62,532 nucleotides of DNA, filler included, from Dugesia japonica (GCA_001938525.1; 7 parts of 7 records of this genome joined end to end with filler, not necessarily neighbours in it), one strand, 5' to 3'; shown: positions 25,400 through 39,190, counted from the whole stretch's first letter. Notes: generated from the sequence alone by a model not told the origin. Made by a program: numbers and translations.

Positions 25400-26337
25400 A
25401 TGTCGTACAATTTGAAATTATGTCACCAAATGCAGATTTATTCGCCATCAATCCTATTACTGGAACTGTATTTACTGTCGGTCGTCTTGACTACGAAAAA
25501 ACTGAAAAGCATTTATTGACAGTTAGTTGTTCTGATAATTTGCATTCGACAGTCGTGGAGATTGAAGTGGATTTGATCAATGTGAACGATGAAGTACCGA
25601 TTATTCATAATCCGACTTATATAAATATACCAACAATTTATGATGAACATGTAATATTTATCAAATGTTCCGATCAAGATAATCTTGATTCACTATCATA
25701 TGACGTGTTGGTATCATCAATAGATTTGCCGTTTATTCACGTTAATCGGAAAACTGGAAAGCTGTCAATAAATCGAAAATTATTTCACCAAAAATCAAAA
25801 AGTCATTTGACATTGTTTTGTTCCGATAGTCTACATAATACAACGAAAAATATTACAGTCAATGCACAGTATCAAATGGAGAATTCATCAGAAAATATTA
25901 ATGTTACAATAACAGTGGAAAACTTTGAAAATCAGCCGTTAAAAATTAAAAGTTTTGTTAAAGAATTATCAAATAGCAATGAAAAATACGCTTATTTTCT
26001 GTCTTCCCCAAAAAACCATTTCAACATAATCGATTATAAATTCTATAATATTAATAAATCATCAGGAGAAATTATTCCAATCGATGGATTTAGACCAATG
26101 AAATTTCAATATCGATTTTCAATAATTGCAGTTTCATTAAATCGTCGCAGTTTATGGAATAATAAAATTGATATTTCTATTTTATTGATTTATAGAAATA
26201 TCGATAAATGTAATCCTAGTTTCATTGGAACACCGTTTTCATTCCAAATCGATTCTCAAATAGTCTCTTCAAAATTTCTCGGAACCATCACAATTGGATA
26301 TTGTAAAACATATAAAATCATTTACTATTTAAGCAGT
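25400..26337 (+). CDS. Cadherin-repeat exon (large Fat/Dachsous-like protocadherin), partial, runs into a gap
   Basis: TTTACAG acceptor at 25399 and an open frame of >310 codons. Motifs FAINPITG, LDYE, SCSD, NVNDEVP and SDQD. Confidence 0.9.
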
Positions 26338-27424
26338 NNNNNNNNNNNNNNNNNNNNNNNNNNNNNNNNNNNNNNNNNNNNTTAATTAATTAANNNNNNN
26401 NNNNNNNNNNNNNNNNNNNNNNNNNNNNNNNNNNNNNCTTTTTTTAAATATAAAATCAAATGGCAAAAGTTTTTTGTTAACAATTGTTTCTATTTATATT
26501 TTATTTCATTGTAATTTATTATGGTAAATGTTGATCATGACAACTTGGTTTTAATGAAATATTAATGCAAGTATTTCTAAAATAGAACATTTCTCAATCA
26601 CAACAGTTCCTTCTTGTGTTATTCTAAAATCAAATGCTTGGGGAAATTTTCCAATTAAAAAATATTATCGAATGTTCATTTCTGTTGCTAACAATTAATA
26701 AATTTCTNNNNNNNNNNNNNNNNNNNNNNNNNNNNNNNNNNNNNNNNNNNNNNNNNNNNNNNNNNNNNNNNNNNNNNNNNNNNNNNNNNNNNNNNNNNNN
26801 NNNNNNNNNNNNNNNNNNNNNNNNNNNNNNNNNNNNNNNNNNNNNNNNNNNNNNNNNNNNNNNNNNAGTAATCATTTATTATAATTATTCATTATTTATT
26901 TATGAATTATTGATTAAATTTTTTTCACTTTTCATAAAATAGAAACAAATAATTTTTTTTTAGAGAAAATCTTTATTTAAATCTGTGGGATAAGAAGACA
27001 GATTACAGAATTTATTTAAAAAGAAATATTCTTATTATTAATGATTTGAAATAAAATTTTTGGTTCAAAGATTTAGTTAAATCCTCTTCAAATATTTATT
27101 GAAAAATAAAATTGTTGCTATGCAATTAGCAACATTTACAGACACACACTGTTTTCGTTAATAATATTGTTTTTCAATGAAAACTGATATTAACCATGTG
27201 ATACTCTATTTCAATATTTTTATTGGAGAAATATTATAATATTTAAACAAAGTTAATTAAAAAATAAATTTGGAATAAAGAAAACCATTGNNNNNNNNNN
27301 NNNNNNNNNNNNNNNNNNNNNNNNNNNNNNNNNNNNNNNNNNNNNNNNNNNNNNNNNNNNNNNNNNNNNNNNNNNNNNNNNNNNNNNNNNNNNNNNNNNN
27401 NNNNNNNNNNNNNNNNNNNNNNNG

Positions 27425-27556
27425 TATAATTGTTAGACATAATCATTGATCGTTTTTCAGAATTCATTTAAAATAAAAGCTTTCATCAAAATTTTGTTTT
27501 TCTTTTGGTATTTGATAACAATTCGATAATTTTGACTTTGCTTTCTTTAGGAATGT
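27425..27556 (-). repeat. Hammerhead-bearing dispersed repeat copy (degenerate)
   Basis: CATTGATCG...AATTCATTTAAAATAAAAGCTTTCATCAAAA...GATAACAATTCGATAATTTTGACTTTGCTTTCTTTAGGAAT. Confidence 0.75.
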
Positions 27557-27564
27557 ACTTTTTC

Positions 27565-27565
<1 letters not shown>

Positions 27566-27614
<49 letters not shown>

Positions 27615-27688
27615 TAATAATAATAATAATAACAATAANNNNNNNNNNNNNNNNNNNNNNNNNNNNNNNNNNNNNNNNNNNNNNNNNN

Positions 27689-27749
<61 letters not shown>

Positions 27750-27750
27750 T
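27566..27750. repeat. (AAT)n microsatellite
   Basis: Direct inspection. Confidence 0.97.
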
Positions 27751-28419
27751 TAATAAATGTCACAAATAAACACAATCTGTATCATGAAAATTTGCATTAC
27801 GCTGTTCGTTTTCGTTGACATCATTGAACAACATGTCGAACGTCTGGTACGATGTTTCAGCCCTACCTTATTATGAATAAATATAAAATCAAATTTACGC
27901 CATTAGATTTTATTCGTTCATTTGACACCTGAAAGATAAGACCTCTGAGGAGCATTTGCTTATTGGAAAACTTGATATCTATCTCAAGTATATATCAATC
28001 ATGTAAATGATTTAAAATAATTTCTCCTTAGTTTGTGTTTTAAAAGAGGTTAATTTGTGTGCCACGAGTATTGAAAGGTAATANTNATGAGGTCAAAGCA
28101 ATGAAAATGTTTTTCGGTTTAACCTAGCTATTTGATAATATCTGAAGGAAAGCTTTGAGAATCTAAATACTTATTTGAAAAAAATTCAACTTTTCGCATG
28201 ACTCTTCATAAATTTTGATAAATATCCCTTGTAGAAATCATTTGAATATTTACAAGTTATGGAGAGTTTTTATAGTTACTCTTACGACAGGATTTCGAAC
28301 AGTTTAGGCAATAATTATTAAGACCGTTTCTTCATGATTTCGATCAAAATAAAGAAAATCTTCTATTGATGTAAATAATAATAATTACAATAATAGTAAA
28401 TTATGTGTCAGTGGTGTTT

Positions 28420-28460
28420 AATTATTATTATTATTATTACATATTATTATTATAATTATT

Positions 28461-28511
<51 letters not shown>

Positions 28512-28625
28512 NNNNNNNNNNNNNNNNNNNNNNNNNNNNNNNNNNNNNNNNNNNNNNNNNNNNNNNNNNNNNNNNNNNNNNNNNNNNNNNNNNNNNNNNN
28601 NNNNNNNNNNNNNNNNNNNNNNNNN

Positions 28626-28671
<46 letters not shown>

Positions 28672-28699
28672 CATTATTATTATTATTTTATTATTATTA
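28420..28699. repeat. (ATT)n microsatellite
   Basis: Direct inspection. Confidence 0.97.
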
Positions 28700-29440
28700 A
28701 GAAATACCAAAATATAATTTTACAATGAAAAATAAAGAAATGGATAATTTATTAAATTAAAGAAAATTGATCGATAAGATGTAATCTCATAATTATCTCG
28801 AAAAATATCATAATTACATCCTCAGTATTTACCGGCTGTCAGTTTGAATTATTTTTCTAAAATTCAGTTATTTTCTTTGTTTTATGGAACAACAATAATA
28901 ACAATAATAATCATAATAATATTAAATAAATAAATTGCATAGTTTTTTTGAAGACATTTTATCATTCGTTCTATTAAAAAGAGGCTACATAATCCAAAGA
29001 ACAAAGTCAACTGAAAAAAGAGTGCTATTGTTTTCTTTTTCAAACTAAATAAACCGACCAGAGTGGATGAGTCGGCTTCAATAAAAGAAATCGCAAAAGC
29101 CCATTTAATATTCTAAGAAAGAAATGTGAAAAAGAAAAGTGTGATGCGGGTAATCTGTTGATGAGATTATTGGGAATTGCATTTAATGTAAATTGAATGG
29201 TTGTATATTTGCTGTACTTATTCATATTGGATAATCTAAATTATTTAGTAGTCCGTTGTGGTTTTGGCAATTTTAATGTTTCATTGTCCTCCGTAATTTT
29301 GGTATCAAAAGAAATTAACGAACAATACATTGTAACAAGGAAATCTATCGCTGCTTTAATGTTTTTCAATCTTTAAAAAATGTTCGTAGTTCTGAATAAA
29401 TGCTGCAGATTTCAAATAGAAACCGATTTATAAATTCCTA

Positions 29441-29471
<31 letters not shown>

Positions 29472-30599
29472 ATTTATATATATATATATATATTTACCTT
29501 ATTTATATATTACCTTATCAAAGTTTTTATGGCATAAAAGACGACGAAATTCTAAAAAATAAAAGCGGAAGAAAGAAAGCTAATGAAAACGATTTGAAGA
29601 ACCAGATGTATCAAATAATTATAGGAGATTCGGCGTTCATTCAATCTGAAATTGTGAAAATTTAAATGAAACTGACCATGTGATATTTAATACCGGCCTA
29701 TGCTGAATTCTTAGAAATTAATTTCAATTTAATATTTTGAGATAAAGAATTATGTGAAATAATATGATCCAGTTATTAATTATTTGTATATTAATGGATA
29801 TATCAAAATTGTATCAATTATACAAATTATATTTGGTAGTGTACAGAAAACAAATTGTAGAAAACAATGCTTGAGTACAGACTGATTTTAAAAAAATGTT
29901 TTATTAAGCTTTTTACGATTTATTTTTAAAATTTTATATTAATAACAAATCTTTTATAATTATTAACAAAAATATCTGACTGTTTAAATGTATTAATTTA
30001 AATAAACTCCAATTGTAATTAAAGCATCAATAAATATGTGTAGTTGAACATTTGTAAAATTCAAGTATTGAATAACAAATCAAATTTCTTTTATCTGGTT
30101 GAACATTTGCAGGAATTAGTTAAGTATTAGAAAATCCTACATTATTGCATAAGTTGTGTAGAAATAGATGTTGTTTAGTGGAANNNNNNNNNNNNNNNNN
30201 NNNNNNNNNNNNNNNNNNNNNNNNNNNNNNNNNNNNNNNNNNNNNNNNNNNNNNNNNNNNNNNNNNNNNNNNNNNNNNNNNNNTTTTGGAAGTATTTCTC
30301 AAATTTCTTCAGGGAAATACGAGTTTTCACAAATAGTTTCAGATAAACGAAAACATCTGCAATCATATAGAGTAGTCTATTATAGAACAAAATAGTTCAA
30401 GCCAAACAGAAAAAAATTGGATTAAACGTTTCGAAGAAAATACAAGGTTAAAATTAAAATTAATACCAAATATTTCAAAAAATATGTCAAATTATGAATG
30501 AATTAAAGAAGAAAAAAATTTTGATAAACAAATTTTGATAAATAAAAATTTATTTTCAATTGCAAAAATCAAAACCATGTTTTTCTTTTTTCATAGATG

Positions 30600-30632
30600 G
30601 TTCAATATTTCGGCTTTGCCTTCTTCAGGAAC
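30600..30632 (-). ncRNA. Minimal type I hammerhead ribozyme
   Basis: Minus strand: GTTC-CTGAAGA-AGGCAAAGCC-GAA-ATAT-T-GAAC. Stems I and II pair perfectly with different sequences from the other copies. Confidence 0.8.
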
Positions 30633-30944
30633 TATTGCTCAATTCATTCAGGTTATAAACGTTTAAATAGAAACGCAATTTAAATTAATCTGATTAAAAT
30701 TAAAGAGGAGTTTATTTGATGATATCACGAAAATGACTATGATAAGTCTAATAATAACTGTGCTTAATTTTAGATAAGAAAATATGTCTTTCGTGAATAT
30801 TTAACGACCATACGAGTCTCAGACATGAAACAACTGCCAGATAATGATGATATAAAACGAGAATGGATCCTAATTTATATATTTTTTAAATACTTTTCGA
30901 CTCATTAAAGGGTGAGAAACATGTCAGTGCTTTAGATTTAAATG

Positions 30945-31224
30945 AGGGTGCCTACATTTAAGAGACTAGAGCATGGTTATGGAGGATTGAAAATTTACTT
31001 CGTGGATTTTCTGAATAGAATACAAATGAAAATGTCTTAATGTGTAATTTCATTTAATAGTTACGTAATTATTATTTTAAAAGAATTAAAATTAAAATTC
31101 TAAAGTAATGTTTAAATTAGGATACACATAAGATATTTTTAATTTGTATTCTATTCTGAAAATGCATGTAGTTTAATTTCAATACTCCCTAATCAAGCTC
31201 TAGCTCCCTAAGTGTAGGTATCCA
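30945..31224. mobile_element. MITE with ~47-bp imperfect TIRs
   Basis: GGGTGCCTACATTTAAGAGACTAGAGCATGGTTATGGAGGATTGAAA versus TTTCAATACTCCCTAATCAAGCTCTAGCTCCCTAAGTGTAGGTATCC. Confidence 0.75.
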
Positions 31225-31269
31225 TATTTAACAATTACAATTACAGCAATATTGTGTTAAATGAAAAGG

Positions 31270-32420
31270 ATAAAGAAAAAATAGTATTTGCAACTATGAG
31301 AAGACTATAAAACAGACTAACTTTTGGATGGTGTGTGGGGACTCACAACGTTTCAGAGATTAATGCATCTCATATAATGCAAAGAAAATCTTGAAAAATA
31401 TGTAATATACCTAGCTGACATTTTTATCTCTTGAAAAAAAGGAACATAACATAAAACTAAGAACAAAATTAGAGAAAATACGACAAATAAGATCATTGAT
31501 ATGATGAGGATATTTGGAATGAAAGTAACCAAAGTTAAGTTTATTGATTCAAAAGACTTTGAGTAAGTTATTGAGAATTTAGTGACAGATATTCAACTAC
31601 TTTTAGATACGCTCAAGGAATTAATTTAATTTCATCGCTAGATTTGGGACAAGCATTCTACCAATTTGAATTAGGCGGAGAATCTAAATTGAAAATAGCT
31701 TTTAGTATGATGATTGGACAGTTTTGTTTTAATTGCATGTCATTCAACTTGTGCACTGCATCAGCCACTTTTTGAAGTTTAAAGCATCAAATATTCAAAG
31801 AAATAATATTTAAAGGTGTAGTAAGTAGTTTACTTGGACGATATTTTGATATATAGACAAACTCAGCAAGAGTATGATTACCGAGATGTTAAAGTGTTTT
31901 ATTTGTTGAAAAAAAGTAGGTTTAAAGATAAATATAGAAAACGTCGTATTTAATTCTGAGAAATTACAATTCTTGGCCCATACAATTAGCGCTAAGAGTG
32001 TATAGACAAATGACGATCTTATCAGGAAAATTCAAAAACTAGAAACTCCAAAATATGCAACATAAATAAAAGTATTTCTAGATCTAAACAATTAATACAG
32101 AAAGTTTACAAAAGAATACTCTCTCATTGCACCACCATTATTTGCAGCCACTTCAGGACAAGAAAGAAAACATCGAATAGCAAATTAAATGTGATGATAG
32201 TTTTCAAATGTTAAAGATAAAGTTACGTAATAATACTAAATTGGCTTTATCAAATAATACAAATTCAACAATATTAGATACAGATGCTAGTTTTGGGACA
32301 ATTGGTGAATTTTAAGTCAAGTTTCAAACAATGGATAAGAACAAGTAATAGTTAATAGTAATGGTTTTCAATATTAATTGATCACGAAAAAGAATATTAC
32401 GTTACTAACTGAACTGCTTT
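31270..32420 (+). mobile_element. Gypsy pol relic (RT-RNase H)
   Basis: SSLDLGQAFYQFEL...KIAFS, CTASATF, VYLDDILI and ILDTDASFGTIG with many stops and frameshifts. A second RT fragment precedes it. Confidence 0.88.
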
Positions 32421-32559
32421 TCAATTTGTCCGTTTTTAGTATGATGATAAGGACTCGAAAAGCAAAGTTTAATATCTAGCTTCAGTGCAAACTCTCTCAT
32501 AACTCTGGATTTAAAAGCTTTTACACAATCTAATCTTATCTCTCTTGGACATCCAAAAC

Positions 32560-32590
<31 letters not shown>

Positions 32591-33567
32591 TTAGTTTATT
32601 AATTGATAAAATTAATATTACTTTAAATTTTAAACTGCTTTTTTAAGAATACATAAGCGTTTTGATAATCATTATTATACAAAATTCTTGTGTTCTAATT
32701 TTCATATTTGAAATCTTCAATTGAAATTATGGATCATTTTGAAATATTAAAACAAATGCGAAATTAATACAGACCATTTTAATCAACAGATATTTTAAAT
32801 AGGAATTAAAATAATTTAATAAAGTTTAGTTGTCTTTGAGTTATTTTATTTTAGATTTTTAAATATCCACAAACATAAGTCTTGTGTAGTCATATTTAAA
32901 CATTTAAAATGAAATAGAAAATATTAGTTTTTTTAAATGATTGATTAGTATTTAACTTTCTCTTTGTGTAAAAGTATAATAACTATTCCTAGCTTTAAAA
33001 AGTAATTTAAAAGTTTTCATTAAGTTATAAAAAGTACCCATAATAATCTTCAGAAAGAATTTGAAAAGATTTTTTTGAAGTTGGTGAAAATTGAATTATG
33101 GTCTTATGTTATACTTATAAACAGAAAATTCATTTAAATGAAATTCATTTTCCCTAAAAGAAAGAAAGAAATAAATAAATTTACACTTGTTTTCTCTCAA
33201 AAAAATTCAACTCTAAATTAGAGCTCAGCAACTGCTAATTAATTCCCAATAATTTATTAGAATATATTANNNNNNNNNNNNNNNNNNNNNNNNNNNNNNN
33301 NNNNNNNNNNNNNNNNNNNGTAAAATTGATTTCAATAAATTACCAAGAATAAGGCTAATTTGTCTTTAATAATCTTTGGTTCTCTTTTACAACGATGAGA
33401 ATAATACTTCTTCTTTTTTAACACAAAATTACGATCAAATTCATTTGTAATAATTCATAATAGAGGGCATGTGTTTTATAGAATATCTAAAAAAAAACTT
33501 TTACATATATATAAATAATGGTAATCTTTTAATTAAAATTTTGAGACGCCATTTAAATATATATTTC

Positions 33568-33610
33568 TGTATTACAAGTTTCGACAGCATAACGGTCATC
33601 TTCGGATACA
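33568..33610 (-). ncRNA. Hammerhead ribozyme at the 3' end of the Penelope element
   Basis: Minus strand: TGTAT-CCGAAGA-TGACCGTTATGCTGTC-GAA-ACTTGT-A-ATACA, with stem I TGTAT/ATACA and one core substitution. Confidence 0.75.
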
Positions 33611-34580
33611 ATAAACATTCTTTTTTTTGAAAATTCTTTATTTAAAAAATATGTATTTATTTTTTTCATTATTTTAAAAATAATTATACATAAAAAATTC
33701 TGATTATGTAAACAATTATGCAATCTCTCCAATAAATCAAATTAATTTAAAACATTCAATAAAGATTTAGAAAGACCAGTTTGAACATCATCAATGCTTT
33801 ACACACAACTCTCGCACAATAATCTTTAAAGTTTTTGCACAAAATTTTAAAATTATTTATACTGATAACTGATTTGCAACTAATGCTATGTTCAGCAATA
33901 TTAATTTTACTAGCAACTCGGCAATGTTCTTGAATTCTTGTGCAAAGATGGCGAGAAGTCTCTCCAATGTATGTGGCATTAAATCAATTACATTCATATT
34001 TATAAACAAGATCAGAACACAATTGAATTCGTGTTTTAAATTTATTACTAAACATATTTATGACTTTATAAGATTGCGAAACAATTTTAAAATTCCAATA
34101 GTCATTTATATATTTTAACAACCCATTTTAAAATTCTTTAAATCCTTCTGAATATGGAATAGTTAATACGTAACTAAACTTATCTATCTTATTTGGGTCT
34201 TTGATAATATTTTCGCAATTTAAATTATTATTATCATTATTATTGATATCTTTAATTTAATTATTAGTTATATAAACGACTTTTATCAACTGTTTTACGA
34301 TTTAATTTCTCCACAATAGATTTACAATAACCATTTTATTTAGTAAAGAAGTTAAACTTTGAATATTAGCACAAGACTTTACATATGAAGAGGAAAGAGT
34401 CCATGATCTAGACAACATTCCTTTAATCATATTATACTTATAACGAGATTCCCAAAAGCTGCTAGGTGATGTATACAAACCTGTATCTATTGGTTTGTGA
34501 TAAATCTCTGTTTCATTATGTTTGGACTTTCTTTCTATTAATAAGTCAAGGAAAGAAAGTTTAGATTTACATTCCATTTC
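33568..34580 (-). mobile_element. Penelope-like retroelement 3' part (RT thumb, GIY-YIG endonuclease, 3' hammerhead)
   Basis: LSFLDLLI..TEIYHKPIDTGLY..S...YKYNMIKGMLSRSW (PLE RT C-terminus) and LVYKYECN*FNATYIGETSRHLCTRIQEH (GIY-YIG) at ~33925-34010. Confidence 0.92.
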
Positions 34581-35604
34581 TGTTGTGAATTTATTTCTTA
34601 TATTTAAGAAATATTTAAAAAGTTCTTATTATATGTTAATGAAGAAAGAAACTGATATTTGCTTTTTAGAAATATGCGTTGAAGAAAATATTTTACCAAA
34701 ATTTATTTTCACCAAATCAATACAAGAAGATACAAGATTAATTTATAAGAATACTGGCCATTCAAACATAGAAAAATACTGGAAAAAGAGAAAAGAANNN
34801 NNNNNNNNNNNNNNNNNNNNNNNNNNNNNNNNNNNNNNNNNNNNNNNNNNNNNNNNNNNNNNNNNNNNNNNNNNNNNNNNNNNNNNNNNNNNNNNNNNNN
34901 NNNNNNNNNNNNNNNNNNNNNNNNNNNNNNNNNNNNNNNNNNNNNNNNNNNNNNNNNNNNNNNNNNNNNNNNNNNNNNNNNNNNNNNNNNNNNNNNNNNN
35001 NNNNNNNNNNNNNNNNNNNNNNNNNNGGATGATGAAATAAATTTATAAAAATTTGGAACTAAATTCGGTATTATAAAAAGAATTGATAAATTTCAATTTC
35101 AATCTAAAATCGAGTCATTTTTAAAATTTATTTGACTAAATTTGATGGAATAAACTTTGATTGTAATTTTGGAAATTTAAAACATGCGTTACTAAAATAT
35201 TCTAATGAATATTTAAACAAAAACTNNNNNNNNNNNNNNNNNNNNNNNNNNNNNNNNNNNNNNNNNNNNTTAATTAATTAANNNNNNNNNNNNNNNNNNN
35301 NNNNNNNNNNNNNNNNNNNNNNNNNGGAAATTCACTTCAAAATTTGAAAATTTAAGCAAAATGAATTTTTTCCATCGATTTTCTATGAAAAAATCCATAA
35401 AAATCATTAAATCACTTTATTTAAATAAAAATCTCAAAAATCAGTAAATTTAAAGAANTCATAAAAATCAATTAATTTANACAAAANAATTAAACATTAA
35501 AACAAAAAATATGAAGTCTGCCTGGACGATAGTTGCCATGGAAATTACCTTGAACTAATTTCATTTAACCTTGACCTACATTCATTTGATTTTGAAATAT
35601 TAAA

Positions 35605-35870
35605 CCAATCATAATTGAGTATACTGAGCCACTTTGACCTTGGAAATTCAACCTTGAAATGTTTCAGCCAATCAGAATTGACTATAATTGGCCATTTTGA
35701 CTTTGAAAAAATTTTCACCAATCAGAATCGAGTATACGTACACACTTTGACCTTAAAAATTTTTACACTAATCAGAATGGAGTATAAATAGCCACTTTGA
35801 CCTTTAAAAAAATTTCCACCAATCAAAATCAAATATAAGTATCCACTTTGACCCTAAAAATTTTTCTACC
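35605..35870 (+). repeat. ~50-bp tandem repeat x5 (CCAATCAGAAT..GAGTATA...CCACTTTGACCTT)
   Basis: Units start at ~35605, 35668, 35718, 35768 and 35819. Confidence 0.9.
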
Positions 35871-35899
35871 TCGGGTGGGGGGTGGCTACATGCGCCACT

Positions 35900-36268
35900 T
35901 GAATCGGGTAAATGATGCTATTTAACAGAGAATTCCAAATCAACAAGGTCGAGTCATCCTACTCGATGATAACACAAGACCACACACGGCAATAAACGTC
36001 AAAGCTATCCTCAAAGAGTGAAAAAATTACTATCTTTTCCGTTTACTGTCGAACCTAATTACCTTTAACAATATGGATGATATGGAAAAGTTACTGAACA
36101 AATTCTTCAAGACCAGACCTAGTGAAATCCGACTTAATGGTATCGAAAGTATTGTAGAAGCAGGTCATAAATAATGACGGAGATTACATTATTGATTAAG
36201 AATTTTTCGAAATAAATGTTATAAATCATTATTAAAAAATCACGAAAAATTTTGTTAACAAACAAAAC
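35900..36268 (+). mobile_element. mariner 3' fragment (same family as 19803-20170)
   Basis: RVILLDDNTRPHTA. Shares AACAAATTCTT..AGACCAGACCTA.TGAA and GAAGCAGGTCATAAATAATGACG with 20070-20160; TIR-like end. Confidence 0.8.
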
Positions 36269-38086
36269 TTTTTAACTAAACATTTAATAACTTTTAAAAT
36301 TTAATTAAAATTATGTCATTTGTGATTTTATTACATTAGATCATTGATTGTCTACTTAAGACTTCATCTTCACTGTTAATCAATAAAAAATTTATGGAAA
36401 TCAATTGCAATTTTCCATAATCAAAATAAATGGATTTATTAGCAGATTAAATGCATTTGTTTTCTTGAAGAAGTTTTTGCTATTATTAGTGGAGCTCATT
36501 ATCAAATTATATATTTTACTGGTCCGCGATATGTATCGGATTGAGAAAAATTCGAAATCGTTGTATGCTTATGTTTGTTTTAATATGCTTTGCATGTTAT
36601 GTGCATTAACAACTTAAAAGAATAAATGAAAAAAAACATTTTAGCCCATTAAATCTCAATAACTACAGTGTTGTATTCCAGTTTTTTTAATGCAGTAATT
36701 TCTGTTAATTCAGTGAAAATAACTACTTCTGTAAATAGTCAATACTTATCGAAAATTAAACACTACAGGTATGACAAAAAGAAATATCACCAACATCACA
36801 AGTCAGATGTGCAAGTAATATTTGTATTTAACTGAAAATATTTTAGTCGCTCTCCTTTAGTAATAATAATTTGAAATAAAGTACTTTTTGTATAAAGTAC
36901 TTTAATTATCAATACATCTGTCCTCATATTATCAATACATCTGTTAATTTAATACAAATTTAAAATTTCTGATTATGCTAGGATTTATCAAAGTAAAATC
37001 TTTAATTTACAAAGTAAAGCTAATTATAAAATTACACAATTTCTTTTGGAAAATAGAGAATATGCATTATGTTGAGTAGTCAGCTGTAATTTCAACAGAT
37101 TCTCCTCATTGTTTTTTCTGGTAATATAATTATTGGATGAAAATTCAAGCAGGTGTAATTTGAAGCTTTTCAAATGAAATAATTTGTTTCACTTNNNNNN
37201 NNNNNNNNNNNNNNNNNNNNNNNNNNNNNNNNNNNNNNNNNNNNNNNNNNNNNNNNNNNNNNNNNNNNNNNNNNNNNNNNNNNNNNNNNNNNNNNNNNNN
37301 AATGTTCTGCCAAGAAAGGTCGTTTCAGTAAATACAGTATTTAGATTTATTTTACGAGAACATAAAGTACAATTATATTTTATATGAAATACAATTAGAT
37401 TTTTTGTTAATCTTATTCAATAGATGTCACGAAAGTATTCTACTTTTTACTGCTATACTAATTCTCTTTTCAATACACTCTATTTGACTTCATGTGCACC
37501 AATGAAAATCTTTCAGAACGTTATGTAATAAAAAAAATTCTGATTACATTTAAATTTCATTTAGATATTCGTTTCAACTATTAATTCTGATGGAAGAATA
37601 TTAACATTTTTATTGATTTACAAATTTAATGTTATTTTAAATGTGTTTCGATTTTATGAATAAATTCTAAGTGTTNTTCAAATATTTTCTTTATTTAAAT
37701 TATTACATTAAATTTGAGAAATAAAATAAAAACAGCTATTAAGATAATCTTTAAGTCATGTTATTAACTGTCGTGAACGATTTACTGAATATTAACCATA
37801 GAACTATTGACCATTGGGATCATTGACCACTAGGTTTGCTGATCATAGGCTCTTTGACCACAAAACAAGGTTTAATACTAAATAATAAAACTTTTGTATT
37901 CCTTTAAGTAATCAATTGTATAAAAAACAGCATTATTTTAGTGATTAGTAACATACTGGAATGTTATGAAATTGTTTTTCATTTGTAAATAGTTCATTTT
38001 TAATTAAACAACCAAACCAGAGATTAGATATGAAAACATCACTATTTTGCAGAAGTTATATTTGAAAATTTTACTCAGAACATCCA

Positions 38087-38089
<3 letters not shown>

Positions 38090-38139
<50 letters not shown>

Positions 38140-38140
38140 T
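38090..38140. repeat. (AAT)n microsatellite
   Basis: Direct inspection. Confidence 0.95.
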
Positions 38141-38539
38141 ATAAATAATTTCTAATGATTATCTCTATTAAATTTTCAATTATATTGTAGAATATATTTT
38201 ATTTAGATATGTATGGTGGTATTTGGTTTAAAACCTAAAAACATTTTTGAAGAAGAATTAGTTATTACGTAATATATTTTATTATAACTGTTATCATAAA
38301 TTTTTATGAAATGTAGACAATGGATTTTGAGAGAACAAAACTTAAAAATTATTCCTTATGATTATGTTTACGTGATTAATAAATCCTGGATGAATCAATG
38401 GATAAATTCTTTTCGTGTAAATGTAATTTATTATTTTGATTGGTCAAAAAAAAAGGTTTTATAGTTTATTGTTATTTCATTTATTAAATGATTTTTTATT
38501 CAATAAATAATTGAATTGTTTAAATCTGAAATTACGAAT

Positions 38540-39190
38540 CTATAATTTCTGTTTACTGCGACCGAAGTTACGACGACAGAACAAATTAATGTTACTTTCA
38601 TCCTGATAAAATACAATTTTACCCGTACCCGTTAGCTGCATGATGTTCTCGCAATATTCCCGTCTCTTGACTATGTTAACTTTTGAATTGGTATCAATGG
38701 GAACATTTGTAGCCTTCTTGATAGTGTGCAGCTGAGTTTCCAGGTGTCTAGCAATGGTAGACTCACTAACTATCACATGGAAATTCTGTCGCATTTTTTC
38801 ATTTAACTTGCGAATTGTAAGCTGACAGTTGTCTGCAATTGAGGTCACCAAGTAGTAGTTTTGTTCGTTAGTAATTTTTTCTCTTCCCTCTTTTTTACCA
38901 CCTCGAGCTTTGTTATCTGAATTACTCGTAACAACCCACCTACGTATTGAGAATATTTTGCATCCATATGCCAGTAAAATAGGTTTCCAATCGATACCAT
39001 TTGTTGCCGCTTCCATAAATCTTTTTTTGGTAACTTCATTAACCTTATTACATATACCTTTCTTAGAACCACGTTTAACTCCTATATGCACTTCAAAAAC
39101 TTCACTGTGATCCGAATTAATTGAAGTGTTATCCGAAGTAATTGAAATCTTCTCAAATTTTATTGAGGTTTTTTCAGCTTTAGATACCAT
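38540..39190 (-). CDS. IS630/Tc1-superfamily transposase, N-terminal half (truncated after first catalytic Asp)
   Basis: 216-codon open ORF with HTH LTIRKL...VSESTIARHL and IVFYQDESNINLFCRRNFGRS. Subterminal repeats lie upstream at 39300-39390. Confidence 0.8.
   Translation of the reverse strand: MVSKAEKTSIKFEKISITSDNTSINSDHSEVFEVHIGVKRGSKKGICNKVNEVTKKRFMEAATNGIDWKPILLAYGCKIFSIRRWVVTSNSDNKARGGKKEGREKITNEQNYYLVTSIADNCQLTIRKLNEKMRQNFHVIVSESTIARHLETQLHTIKKATNVPIDTNSKVNIVKRREYCENIMQLTGTGKIVFYQDESNINLFCRRNFGRSKQKL

Noticed and set aside
35605-35870. CRISPR-like regular repeats (also 46536-46592)
   Set aside because: Whole units are similar, with no unique spacers, no cas genes and a eukaryotic context; these are tandem repeats.
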